Below are positions 1 through 12,323 of a DNA stretch of 64,000 nucleotides, in pieces. Source of the stretch: Sphaerodactylus townsendi (taxonomy: Eukaryota). How positions within the stretch are numbered: the stretch's first letter is position 1; each line of letters opens with the position of its first letter. The notes under the pieces are model-generated. The model had not been told where the DNA came from. It saw nothing but the letters and a program-made list of their open reading frames with translations, and made no database searches. The DNA is taken from the NCBI RefSeq assembly GCF_021028975.2, contig NC_059432.1:46562001-46626000 (forward strand), in the 5' to 3' direction. A program made the translations under genes and the position numbers.

Positions 1-197
1 TCCTAAGAGCTTCAAAAATATCTTCAGCACTAAGCAAACATTCTTAGGTCAAAGTATTCTGTAACTGCATGAGTGATCCGAAAAGTATTCCCCCCCCCCC
101 CAACATTCCACAAGATTGTTTGCCTTTTAATTGGGCAAGGATTCATCAATTAATTTATAATGAAAACACTCATCATATCACATGATGGCATCTTCAA

Positions 198-600
198 CTT
201 TATTTATCTGATTTATACTCTGCCCTTTTCTAGCAAAGCCAAGCTCAGGGCAGCTATACTATCAAAACAATAAACCTCATCTAAACAAATAGGTGTATAT
301 CTTATATGCAGATGTCACCCTACTTCATCTGAAAGGGAAAATGTTCCACATGGTAACAGACCAAAAAATGGCAATGGGAGATTGCCAGCTAGGAACAGTC
401 TCATTGTGGACAGAAAAAAAAGAGGGGGGGGGGGACAAAAAGGGGAAAAAAGAAAGAAAAAGGGGGGGGGAGAAGGGAAGTGCGGGGGAGGAGAGGGTAG
501 CTTATATGAAATACCACTGCTGCCTTCAACCATAGGCTTGGTGGAACATCTCTGTCTTGCTGGCCCTGCAGAAAAAGACAAAGTCCTGCTGAACATGGGT
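198..600 (-). mobile_element. L2-type LINE 3' end (end of ORF2 plus 3' UTR and A-rich tail)
   Basis: Minus frame ends ...FCRASKTEMFHQAYG*, resembling the squamate L2 C-terminus; tail appears as TTTATTTAT at ~199-207. Same 3' sequence recurs at 10895-11285. Confidence 0.7.
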
Positions 601-1857
601 CTCATTAGTCCAAAGACAGCCAGACAACATTGACTGAAAGACTGATACTCCCCTCATGGTTGTTTCCAATATAGTCTGTAAGTGGGGCAAGGAATAACTC
701 TTGCAACTTCCAAGGCAAGACTCACACGACAAAGTTTCTGCAGGCTATAAATATGGTCTACGTGATCCCAAAGATGAAGTGTCAAAAGATCCTTCAGCTC
801 CCCAGCCCCAAAGATGTGGTGGCTTAAAACATCAAAGTTAGATCTTTCCAATGGTTTCCTCTCCATCTTGCCAGCCACTTCAGCCATCACTTTAATCATA
901 CCTAAAATCATTCATTGTGGTATGGACTATCCAGCATGCCCTGAACAGCAGCCCAGACTAGAAGGACCTGAGAGCCAGGTATATTCCATTTGGACTTATT
1001 TTTCAAGAGAGTGGCCAAGAAGCCTGCCAGTTACATGGTGCCTGGGACCTGGTCTCCTCTGGACTCAGCATTGGGTGAAACCATCTTCCTCATCCCAGGC
1101 AGAAGGAGGCCAGAAAGGTTGGTTTGGAACAGCAGATTATGCCTCCAGGGTTTTCTCCAGTATACTTGGGAGAAGGGTAAGCCAGCCACCTATCTGCTTT
1201 CTTTCCAACTGTGAAGGACAAAGTGGATGGGGAGCTGGAGTGGATGCTGCAAGGGTTGTTGAGGGGAGCCCCCACCACTCCGCATCTAGTGGGAGTCCTC
1301 AATCTAGGTGTTTTTGGGAGAAAAGATATTGGAGTCTCAATGAGGTTTCTGTCCTTTCCATGCTCCACTCACAAATCTCCAGGAGTTTTCCAACGTGGAT
1401 CTGGCAACCTTATCCTCCACATCCCATGCCAATGGCCAGGGGGATCTAGCAACCCTAAATAAGCTGTTTCGGCTTGAGAAAAAGAACAGAAGGGATAGGG
1501 TGTGTGTCATCATTTAACCAATTTCTGCTATTTGTCATTTGAATTTTGAATTTTTAAAACTTTTTTTGTACTCTTAATATAGTTTATCAAGCAGTAGACT
1601 TCCATGTTTAGAGTTCCATGTTCTTTTAAAAATGGTTTTGGACAGCGGGAGCCTAATACATACTGAGATTGTGGCACTTGGGCAGAGGAAGTTTAAACTG
1701 CTCTCCAAAGCATTTTTCTATTTGCTGCAGTGGACTAAATTTATAGAAGCCTCTCTGTACACTTAGTCCTGACTAATGTATGCCTGGAAATTAAGTTTAG
1801 AAGTTGCTTGCAGATACAAATGCAGAAGTAGAAGAGATAGTAGTAGAAAGAGATGAA

Positions 1858-1860
<3 letters not shown>

Positions 1861-1908
<48 letters not shown>
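1861..1908. repeat. (TAG)16 microsatellite, expanded tail of the adjacent SINE
   Basis: Perfect TAG repeat; explains the poly-Leu in ORF 1741..2097. Confidence 0.95.
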
Positions 1909-1909
<1 letters not shown>

Positions 1910-2009
1910 TTAGATTTATACCCCCATTTTCCTCTCCTGTAAGGAGATACAAGGCAGCTTACAAACGCCTTTCCCTTCCTCTCCCCCAATAAACACCTTG
2001 TGAGACATA
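1909..2009 (-). mobile_element. MIR-derived tRNA SINE (Squam3-like), 3' part, interrupted by a MITE at 2010
   Basis: Similar to the SINE 3' ends at 3389-3500 and 39350-39450 (ttcccttcctctcccc...caccttgtgag). Confidence 0.75.
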
Positions 2010-2550
2010 GGCCCTTTCCGCACAGGCCAATAACAACGCCCTGGGGACGGCAAAAACGCCGTCCCCAGGGAGCCGTTTGCACAGGCGGCGCTGCCAAAAT
2101 GCAGCAGCGCCGACCTGGCTCCCTTCCCCCTCCCCCAGGGTGGCCTCAGGCCGCCTCCAAAAACCTCCCTCCTGGAGGGAGGTTTTTGGCACAACAGCGC
2201 ATTCCCGGCGGCGCGGTGCGAATGGCACCGCCGGGAATGCGCTGTTTTCCCGTCCGTCTCCCACTCACCTCGTCGCCTCCGTCGCCCTGCTGGCCTCCGA
2301 AGGCCCTCCCTCGCTGTCCTCCGACCCCTGGAGGTCGGAGGGCAGCGTGGGCGGGTCTATGGAGGCCAGCAGGGTGACAGAGGCGACGAGAGAGGGATGG
2401 GGAAGAGCCGGGTCGGCTGGCCGACGGCGCTCCGCGGCGCTGTCGTCGTCCCAGCCGGTTCTGGGACCATCCATGCGGACGGTCCCAGCGTCGTCGGGTC
2501 GGCGTAGATTATGCCGACCCAACCCCTTCCACCTCTGTGCGGAAGGGGCC
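2010..2550. mobile_element. Young non-autonomous PIF/Harbinger-like MITE
   Basis: 16-bp TIRs GGCCCTTTCCGCACAG / CTGTGCGGAAGGGGCC (1 mismatch); ATA duplicated at 2007-2009 and 2551-2553; CpGs intact; several internal palindromes. Confidence 0.85.
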
Positions 2551-3388
2551 ATAGAGAAGTAACTACGGTAAGATCAGGGAACTCCATGGTACTGTGAGGG
2601 AACAGCCAGGGAACTTCATGGTACTGTGAGGATCTGGACCCATCATGTTTCGATGCCTTTCGTTTCTGTCAGAGCCCCCCTGCCCTGCAAAGAAATTATA
2701 GGTAGAACCACAAACCAACTGCTTGAGTGTATTACCATCAAAGACTGAGAAAGCTCTGGAAGCACAGCAATTGGATTATGACCTATGGTTTATGTCAGTT
2801 ACATGGATAAATGATGTGATATTCATTTTTATCACCTCTGGTGTCTAGCGCTGTCTCTGCTCCCAGTGATGTGTTAATCTTAACAGACCCCATCTATCAT
2901 TTGAATTCCTTTAAAAGTCTGCAATGAGTTTTGTCAAAATTTTGGCATTGTGTCCTGCTTGAATTGTTTAATATCTAGATACATTGTTCAAGTGTTCATA
3001 ATTTTTGCTATACTTTCCCCCTTTCCTCTTTGGCTTACTTCAGCTTCTTCGGCATTACTTCTGGCTTCTCTCCTGCATGCTGTTTTGTGAATATCGAGGC
3101 AATGAATTTCATTTCTTCTCCCCTCTCCCAAGTTGAAAGCTATTTGAATGATTGCTATTATATCAGGTGCCCTTGTGTTTCTTCTGATGACCTTTTGTTC
3201 CTTTTCATCCAGAACACTTTTTACTGCTCATCTGCTGGTAAAATCTTGTCTCATTCTTTACCTTTTCATCCTCTGTATTGCTGCTAGAGTTTCTAGCAGA
3301 ATTCAAAGGTAAGTTTCATTTTATTTCCCCACTTTCTACCCATGATTACTTTTATGTATCTTATTCATAGTTGGCTCTTTGGATAAAA

Positions 3389-3637
3389 GAAGAGTAGAAG
3401 ACAGGTAGGTTCTTAGACCTTGCTTTTCTGTATCTGAAGGAGTCTCAAAGCAGTTTACAAGCACATTCCTTTCCTCTTCTCACAACAGGAACCTTGTGAG
3501 GTTGATGGGTGTGAGAGAGTTTTGAGAGAACTGTAATGGGCCCAAGGTCACTCAGCAGGTTTCATGTGGAGGAGTGGGGAATCAATCTTGCTCTTCATAT
3601 TGAAGTCCAGTGCTCTTAGCCACCATACCACACTGGT
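3389..3637 (-). mobile_element. Near full-length Squam3-like tRNA SINE
   Basis: Reverse complement starts ccagtgtggtatggtggctaagagc (A box), has a degenerate B box, the GTGACCTTGGGC core and a (CTT)-like tail. Confidence 0.8.
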
Positions 3638-4869
3638 CCAGCATTTATGTTGACTAAAGAATCACATATCCTTTCCTTAATTATAATTCCTTTCCCCCCT
3701 CCAACTTTACAAATGGATGAAACATGAATGGAGAATAGATAGTTCTTTCCTGAAAATCGGTATACTGTAGACACATACTATTTACACTTTGAGATCTAAG
3801 AAAGCCCTGTAATGTGATGAGAAGTGGGGATGGGGGAACAGGAGATGCCTTGACAATGTGTGGTGATGGAATAAAGTCCGAGCATCTTCATGTTTAGGAA
3901 AAAGGGGAAAAGATGGAACTGGACCTCCTTTCCAGCTGGGAGAGATAATTGTACCAGCTCCTTGATGTGTTAACACCTCGTGATTAGAGGGTGCACATTT
4001 GGCTGGCCAGAGGCCCACAGCTTAGCACCCAACTCGGCTGAAGACCCTCTAGCACATGTAAGGCTTAGGTCTGGAAAGCAGAATTATTCCTTTGTTTGTG
4101 GCTTCCTTCATGGTTTTCTTTCTTGGTGCTGTCTTGATCGTAAACTCTGGAGAACTTGTATTTGCTTTGAAGGATCACAGAAGGGAATGACATGAAAGGA
4201 ACATGCAGATACACCACGCCAGTTCAGATGCAACATGCATTGTAAGTACTTTAGAAGTCTAGGCCAATTGGAGAGAGTTTTCACAAGTCCTTACTGAGCC
4301 TGGTTTTTTGGTGTTCTACTGATAGCCTGCAAGGCTGGCTTTAAGCAGCTGTGCTAGTAACGTGTGGGGGAGGGGGGAGTGTATTTTATTAAAAATAGTG
4401 ATGGTAACTGACAAAGAGGAGCACAATATAAGAGAGACCACAATGAACATTTATTTATGGAAGCATTCAAATATACTTTATTATCCAAATGCAAAAAGGG
4501 AGTCTCTTACTATAAAGCTCTAATAGTTTTTCTACTTTATAAGTGGGACACCCACAAGAACTTGCAGGAAGCATGCCATTTCTGAGATATCAGGCAAGCT
4601 AATTGAAAAAGCAAAATATAAATGTTTCAGTAGAATAATATCCAGGCAATGAAAGCTACATTGCTATGGTGGCATAATTCTCTCTACCAAACCATGATCT
4701 TCTAAATTACTTGAAGCTGCATTCTTATTGCACAGAAGAAGCAGGGTTGTGTAGTGAATAATGTTGACTTCATCCAGAAAGCTCCCTGGGTAGCATTCAG
4801 TAACTCACCCCTCTCAATTCTGTCCTGTCTCAGAAATGGTGGCAGAATGAATAAAAGAATACAAAGAAA

Positions 4870-5537
4870 AATCCACTCTACACAGCACAAATAAAATGTT
4901 CTGGTCTACCTTCCATTAAGAAGCATTGGGTAGACCTGGCCTCTGCAGACCATCAGTTAAAAATTAATGATGATCCACAGAAGACAGGTCTGTCCAATGC
5001 TTCTTAATGGGAGGTAGACCAGGCCTCCAAGCAGCCGTGATTCTCTTATCTGTGTCATTGAAGCAACAAATACAGCTTCCTTTAAACAAAACAAAAGAAA
5101 AAAAATGAAAAACTGACATGTGTGTGGGATTGGCAAACAAACTTTATTCATGAAGGTTTTACAAGGAAATAGTAATTGGATGAACTGCAAGCAAAAGAGA
5201 TCTCCATGGGAAACAAATGCAGCAAATAGTGGCAACGGGGAATCGCAAGCTGCAGACAATAGTAGGGATAAGCTGCTGTGAAAATCAAAGTGCTCTAATG
5301 GGAAAAGGTGGGTGGAAAGCAGGAGAAGAAGATGCCAAGCAGGAAACGTTTTAAAGATGACTTCTGGGGGAAAAGTTCACATTTTAGCGACTGGGCACAA
5401 ATACTCTGTGCCTAGATACCCTGGGCACAGATAAAATGTCCTGAGGATATTTTGGGAAAAAGCTGTGTGGAATTCTTCCCCAAAACACTTCTTTTGATTC
5501 CTTCAAGACATTTTATTTGTGCTGTGCTGAATGGACC
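4870..5537. mobile_element. Old Harbinger-like MITE with ~30-bp TIRs
   Basis: atccactctacacagcacaaataaaatgt at ~4871-4899 is the inverted partner of acattttatttgtgctgtgctgaatggacc at ~5508-5537. Confidence 0.6.
4901..5022. repeat. 38-bp inverted repeat (35/38 Watson-Crick) with 46-nt spacer
   Basis: 4901-4938 pairs with 4985-5022. Confidence 0.9.
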
Positions 5538-6784
5538 ATATTTTGTCTTTTAACATATCTTTTAATTGGTTGTAATTTAATTATTTTTGTCATAACTTTG
5601 GGAGTTCCAAGTACAAATCTCCCATGCAGAATACCTTCTGCTCCTGAAACACTGTGGCCTGGTTTACTTTTACTGCTCTTTGCCATAACAATAATGGTAA
5701 GGGCTAATGTGACAGCAAGTCAATCATTCGTAGTCTGAATTTAAATGAACAGTGCTATTGAAGAAGAACCTGTGTTTAATTATGGCAGTTAAATAGTAAA
5801 AACAACTGTCTGAGTTAAAATGTGCTACTTATAGCAGTGTGGACACGAGTTCTAAGGCAGCTATTTCACATATATTAGCATGGAACTAATGGACTCTGAT
5901 AAATAATTTAAACAATTCTTCTACACTTCTGGCGTGCCTTGAATTATGGTTATGACATTTCCTTCATTAAATCAGAACACCCAGTAGACTAATCACACAC
6001 AAATAAAAGAACTGCACCTAGAAAACTGTCAAATATTTCTTGTTTATTGCTCTAATTTGCATGATATCATATATGGAATAGAATTTGTTTCTATCTGAAG
6101 CTTAATTTTTGTCAGTTTTCTACAATTATGTCCACAGCAGCATCCCAGATGCCATTGTCAATAGTACCCATAATTTCTTAGTTGTCAGCGTAGACAATAT
6201 TGGACTGGATATACCAATGTCTGACTTGATAAAATGAGCTTTACAGTCTTCAAGTATGTTTGTTTTTTAACAGAGGTGTTCTCCATGAGACTAATAATGC
6301 TGCAATTTTTCCATGATTAGCATTCTTATAACTTTTCTCCTCTGTGATTGAGTCAGCCATAATTTTTCTCCTGTTGTAAAACTGTAATGTATAACTTCAA
6401 ATTTCAGGCTCAAAAAAGGTTTGAAGCTGAAATTTAAAGGTTATATGGCTATGTCACCACTTGGGAGACATTTATAAATATTAATCATGAATGAATTGGA
6501 ATTACAGAGATTTCCAATGATGAGGTAGTGTAACTAATCCAAATGCAATTACTTCTGGATTTTGGATCCAGACCACCAAGGACCATGTCTTTATCTGCAC
6601 CAAGCTTTCAAATTGCCCAAAAGTCACTTGTTCTGTCTAGAAGTTCTGTTGTCCCTGGTGTTGGGGTGAGGGGAAGGGCAGTAAGAGACAGATTCAGCAG
6701 GTTTGTAGCTGAAAACATACTGCTAAGCTAGAACTCTCCATCCTTGTTTGTGCCACTCAGCATTCTTATGTTCATATAAACAAT

Positions 6785-7400
6785 GGTCCATTCTGCACAA
6801 AAGAATTAAAGCATCTTGTAGATATTTTTAAAAGAACTGTTTTTGCTTTTTTCTCCAGTACAGTGTGGGAGAAATAAAGCGTTGCCAGTCACCATTCTTC
6901 TTTTTCCTACTGTTCCCCCCCACCAGTGCTTGAATTCTTATTTTCATTTTTGCTGCAGCTTGCGCCCACCATTTTATCAGCTTCAGGAGCCTCCATGCAG
7001 CCACCATTTGCTGAAGGTTTTCCACAGCTTTCCTCTGCTACCAGCTCATCCATTTGCAATTTCCATGTTAAAAGTTCATGAATAAAGTCAGTTTTCTTTG
7101 GCAATCCTGTGCATGTGTTGTTTTTTCTTTCCTTTTTCTTTTATTTTGAAGGTGATGTCTTCATAGCTATGATGACACCATGTGAGAATCACAGCTGCTT
7201 GGAAGGCTGGTCTATGTCCCATTAACAAGCAATGAGTAGACCTGTTTCCTGCTTTCTGCACAGTGAATAGGGAATGTTTTTAAAACATCTTAGAGAAAAA
7301 GAAACACTAGTTTGCATTTTTGGGAATAAAATAGTTTGAGGGAAAATAAAATGTCTTCCAAATGTTTTTAGGAAAAATCTGTGTGGAATCACTTGGATTG
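6785..7400. mobile_element. Degenerate copy of the foldback MITE family also at 18830-19685
   Basis: Starts ggtccattctgcaca; ~6995-7140 aligns with ~19010-19150 (ccatttg.tgaaggttt.cc...atcctg..catgtgttgtttt). Confidence 0.55.
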
Positions 7401-8329
7401 TGGCCTTACATTCCATTATAAATTGCCAGATATCTCTTGCTTAAAGGGATATTCTTTATTTTAAATGTGTCCCCTTATCTCAGCATATCATGAACCCAGA
7501 CAAAATTGAATCACTTTCTGATTTCTCACACTGCAGCTTAATATGCCCTCTTATTTCAGAGCCTGTTAGAGTCATTTTGAAATAAAAAAATTGAAAATAG
7601 AACTGATGGGGAATACTCTAATAACTCGTTTATTAATATTCAAACTAGAATGTCAGTTGAGGCACAAATGCAAAGACCCGGAAGTCAAATAGCTTATAAG
7701 AAAGTCAAAAGATGCCCATAAATCTGCACAGGAAAATTACCATTCAAAGTAGCCATACAAACCAGCCATATCTAGTATAACCAGTCTCCTTAGCAGCATT
7801 AATTTTTAAACAAATAAATATCCATTCTTTTTCACTCTGAGGGAAAAAAATTAATGATCAGAAGTCAACTGGGCTGGGATAAAAGTGCTGAAATAAATAC
7901 AGCTCACCAAGGTGAAGCAGAGGTGGGCAATGTTTAGGCCCCCTCACTAGCTAGTGTGACCCTCCAATCTCTTCAGGATCTCAGGAAAGCAGGCCAAAGC
8001 TGACACCTATTCATGCCTGCCACGGTTCAGCAAGCAAGCAAAAGTTCCACATCTCTAGAATCTGCTTAAACTTGGGATAGCGGTAGAATTGATTTAATAA
8101 TAGAACTTGGGATATTAAAGAATCCAATTGAGGTTTTAAAAAAGATCACATTCAAATCTGACTGTTAAACACACTCCTTGAATCTGTATAGTTACCAAAC
8201 TCCTATAGTTGTACTAGGCCTCCATTCTGCCAGCCCAAGACTCCTTGTGCCGGTGGAAGAGGCTTCATTTTGCTTGCTTCTGCCTATTTACTGCATCACC
8301 TTTTCATTGCTCCTAGGTTGTGGGGCAGC

Positions 8330-9160
8330 CCTTATCTGAACTCATCAAATCTCGGAAGCTAAGCAGGATTGACCCTGGTTAGTAGCTGGATGGGAGAACA
8401 TTAGGAAAATCTAGGAAGTCTATGCAGAGGCTGGTAATGGCAAACCATCCCTGTTTCTTGCCTTGGAAACCCTATACCAGGGGTCCCCAAACTACGGCCC
8501 GAGGGCCAAATGTGGCCCCCTGAAGGCATTTATCCGGCCCGCCAGGCATGGCGGCGATGGCTCCATTCATGTGCAGTGGAGGCTCGAGGGAGAGGAGGAA
8601 ACGGCCCCAACGGCTGTTGATTGCAGTTACATGATGGCACCCCCAAATCTCCATGAATTTTCTGACCCAGAGTTGGAAACCTTACATGTGGCAATGCCTG
8701 CTCCACCCTTCCCTCTCAGCTACTCCATGTGTTGCTCTCAGGCTTTCTGTTCCGCCTCACTCCCATTGGCATCAGCCAGGCTGGCGAATCGCTCGCTGGC
8801 TGCTAGGGAGGAAAGAACCCAGGAAGATACCTGATCCTGGGTTAGATGGAATGCTTCTTTGGGAAAGTTCTGCTTTTTTTTTTTACAGGGGAAGGTATTC
8901 CACAGCCTCCCCAACAATATTTGGAGCCCACCCTGTACTTGACATACTTTGGTCACTGTTCTAAAAATAGACCATGACAGAAAGGCTGAAAGGTGAAATC
9001 AAACATTTTACAATCATTTGTGCATAGGAATTTGTTCATAGTTTTTTTTAGTCCGGCCCTCCAACAGTCTGAGGGACAGTGAACTGGCCCCCTGTTTTAA
9101 AAGTTTGGGGACCCCTGCCCTATACTGTTACCTTAAGCTGGCTGCAACTTGATGGCACTT
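8330..9160 (+). mobile_element. 5S rRNA-headed SINE with BovB/Sauria-type tail, split by a hAT insertion
   Basis: atctcggaagctaagcagg...cctggttagtagctggatgggaga matches 5S rRNA; followed by the aatggcaaacca...cttgccttggaaaccctat / gcaacttgatggcac tail. Confidence 0.75.
8478..9117. mobile_element. Non-autonomous hAT (Charlie-like) DNA transposon
   Basis: Perfect 16-bp TIR CAGGGGTCCCCAAACT; perfect 8-bp TSD CCCTATAC (8470-8477, 9118-9125). Confidence 0.92.
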
Positions 9161-9189
9161 TTCACTACAGGCTGGTAGAAGGGGAAGAT

Positions 9190-9476
9190 GGGATGTAATG
9201 ATGGCCAGGAGTATGGATGGCATTAAGAGGGTTTACACACATTCATGGAGTAGAGGTCCATTAATCATTATTAGACACAGTGACAAAGGGAACCTCCAAA
9301 GTCAGAGACAGCAAACTTCTGAATGCCAGTGCTGGAGCAACATCAGGAGAAGAATTTGGTCTCTACGCTCAGCTTGTTGGCCCTCCGTGGCAGATGGCTG
9401 GCTGCTTTGTGAAACAGATGGCTGGATTACTGGTTTGATCTAGCAAGGCTTTTCTTATGTTTTCTTATGTTCTTAT
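9190..9476 (+). mobile_element. CR1-type LINE 3' end
   Basis: End of ORF2 (ttacacacattcatggag) and octamer tail (TTCTTATG)n; homologous to the minus-strand copy at 26604-27030. Confidence 0.8.
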
Positions 9477-10326
9477 CAGCTCTTATGAGTGCATTCTGAG
9501 AACATGCCTACAGAACATGTCTTTGTCATGACATCTACATGAAATGGCTTAGGTTAAAATTAAAATAAGTAAAATAATAATAAAACTTGAGAAAGTTGCA
9601 GATTATATGCATGAGACATGAGGTCCCTTGACCACCTGGTGCAAGAGAAAATATTTTTTTTTTAATTTACAAGAGTTGCTGGCAGCAATCCTTCAGAAGA
9701 AGTAAATTCTGTTTAGCATCTTGTTGAGGCTTCATTATCACATCTTTTCTTCTTTTACTGCATCTTAATCTGAGACTGCTGTTTTGTTGGTAGCATGCAA
9801 GGGATTGTTTTTACAAGTCTTTATAGGCAGCATGTATCACGTGCCTGTGATCCAGCTGGTGGGGGTGTGTGTGCTAAAATGGTCTCTTTCTAGGCAAAGA
9901 GATCTGGAAGAGAAAGATTTATTTTTATACATCTCAAGAGGCTGCAAAACAAGCCTTAAAGAGACATCTGTAGGACTGTTACCTTTTACAAATGTTTTCT
10001 TTAGACAGCTGGAGGCTTTTGAAATAGTGGTTTGCATGCATGAAATATAGGATTACGATCTTATTTTCTGGGCAGCAGGATTTTTTGCCTTTGATAGCTG
10101 CACAATGGAAGAAAATTAAGCAGGTGAAACTTGTTTCATCCTAGCATAGACATGAAGGGAGCAAAATCAGCCTCCTCCAAGCCAACACCAGCTCTAATGA
10201 GATGCAACAGTGAGTATGAATGATAAAATAGCTGCTATTATTCCCGTCCAAGATTTGAGCAGATCAACTAGGTTTTTTTTACAACCTTTTATTGGCATGA
10301 GATCAACTAGTTTAGAGCCAGGTAAT

Positions 10327-10427
10327 CAGCGGTGGGATTCAGCAGGTTCGCACCATTTTGGCAGAACCGGTTGTTAAAATGGTGCGTGTAAACAACCAGT
10401 TGTTAAATTATTTGAATCTCACCACTG
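10327..10427. mobile_element. 101-bp hAT MITE
   Basis: TIRs CAGCGGTGGGATTCA / TGAATCTCACCACTG; perfect 8-bp TSD CAGGTAAT. Confidence 0.9.
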
Positions 10428-10894
10428 CAGGTAATCCCTAGTATGCATGTGAAAATGGAACACCAGACCATTTTGCTTGGCACCCAGGGCCATTGTTAGG
10501 ATATGCAGAACTGCTTAAGCCAGCTGAGTAGAAGAGGCAATGGGAAAGGCTTATGCCAACTTTACCTCCAAGACCTGCACAGCGACCAACGAAGTCCACT
10601 GCAAATCCTTTTGATGCTGGCAACGGTGCTTGGACTTGGCTTTCTGCAAATGTGTCTGGCCAAGTGTAAGCTTTGTCCCTTCCCTCCATTTTGTTTGTTT
10701 GCATGTCTTCAGAGGTAGACACCACATTTTCATTAGTAAACATTGCATTTTTGGGCACTTGGCTACTCCTGAATTAGTTCACAATATTAGTTCACAAAAA
10801 GTTGGCTACTCCTGAATTAGTTCACAATAATTGCATTCTTCCTTTGCTGGAGGTTAGGGGAAATGTTGAAGTAGACACTTCTTTTTGATGTTTG

Positions 10895-11285
10895 TTTTAT
10901 TTAAATTTTATTTGACCTAATATCCTGCCCTTTTCTGACTCAAGGTCAGGGTCAGGGTGGCTAACATTTTAATTTAATAACAGCATTCAATAAACATAAT
11001 TTACAGTACACCAACAATAAAAAATATTCTGTAATCATCATCCAAAATTCATGTGGCACCAAACATTTGCTAAATTAAAATGACATTGCCAATTGGGGAA
11101 GATTAACATTTCACCCATAGTCTGTCAATCAATCCCTCCCATCCCTACTTCATTTCAAATAATATAAGCGGAAAGGGAGGGTAGGAATTGGGTGGATTTG
11201 GGAGGCCAGGTAGTTGGAAAGTCGTTGCTGCCTCAACCATAGACCTGGTGGACATCTCTGTCTTACAGGCCCTGTGGAACTACCA
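10895..11285 (-). mobile_element. L2-type LINE 3' end
   Basis: ctgcctcaaccatagacctggtggacatctctgtcttacaggccctg matches 520-570; A-rich tail at ~10895. Confidence 0.7.
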
Positions 11286-11855
11286 GACTTTAACTAAAGC
11301 CTAGGTTTAGCTGTTTTGGCTGTCTGTTTCCTGGATAATCAGAGCTGTGGGTCAGAGGAAGAACTTAAATATATTTTCATCAAAGAGACATGCATAACAG
11401 CCCATAATCCTTTTACCTGGGAGATCAGGAGATGCACTGTAGTCCATGATTCTCTTGACTATGAAAATCCAGTGATTCTAGAAATCCAGTTTGGTGCCGA
11501 TGGTTGATATAAGGCTCCCAGAGTTGTGCTATGTGTTGCAGAGGGATGTCCCTATGTTCTTGACCGTTACCAACCTCTTTCCTTGCCCTTGTGCCTAATA
11601 GACTGCCTTGCTGGGTTGTAGGGGTGGAGGATCCTTAGTCATTTTCTCATGCTTTAGAGGAATGGTTCCCAATTTGTTTTTTGCATGGTGACCCACAAGT
11701 GCAAGTTTACTTTGCACAATGAACCCATTCAGGTATGGTGCAAGGTTTTTGGGTGCTTTAGGCAAACTATGACCTTGGCACCCATCATGCCATTTTTTAC
11801 AATGCCCAACCAGATGTTTTTGAGTAAACTACGAATAACATACAAAAGGTACAGC

Positions 11856-12323
11856 TGTGATAAGTGAGAAATATGTTTTCTACTAGGAATGAGGAGATGA
11901 GTCATAAGATAGGATGCTTGAGGCAGGACAAGATAAGACTGCTGGATGACTAGGCTGAAAGCCAAGGCTTGTATCAGATTGTATGTATTGAGCATGCTTA
12001 ATAGGCTAATGCATATTAACTTCTCCTCCTGCTCTGACGACAAACTGTATTATAATGAACATGCAGGAAGAATATGGGAGGGGGGCATATATTAAGGAGT
12101 AACATGTAAATAGGTGAACCAGAAAGTTGTGACTAAATATCCTTAGCGAATGGGGGAACAGAGAGGGTGTGGCAAATTTGGGAGTAGGGCATAAACACGT
12201 TGTGAATATACTATTTCAGAAGAGTCTGCCCATGTGGGACAGCTCCTCTTTCTTTGCAAATAAAGCTATTCAAAACTCTATTCTGTTCACTTGACATTTG
12301 GTAAAGAAATATTGGGCACCACA
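11856..12323 (+). mobile_element. Solo LTR (468 bp)
   Basis: TGTG...CACA termini, 4-bp TSD CAGC (11852-55, 12324-27), CATAAAA TATA-like box ~12190, AATAAA ~12259. Confidence 0.75.

Noticed and set aside
814-1449. Longest ORF (211 aa)
   Set aside because: No recognisable domain, W/S-rich composition, and it runs into a GGCAACCCTA-type repeat end.
2000-2587. GC-rich overlapping ORFs / apparent CpG island
   Set aside because: Almost entirely within a TIR- and TSD-bounded young MITE.
8336-8415. 5S rRNA gene
   Set aside because: Partial and diverged, fused to a SINE tail, with no Pol III terminator at the expected position; same for 42458 and 57711.
9893-9972. Plus-strand terminal exon GKEIWKRKIYFYTSQEAAKQALKRHL*
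   Set aside because: Plausible acceptor, but no homology recognised and no upstream gene model supportable.
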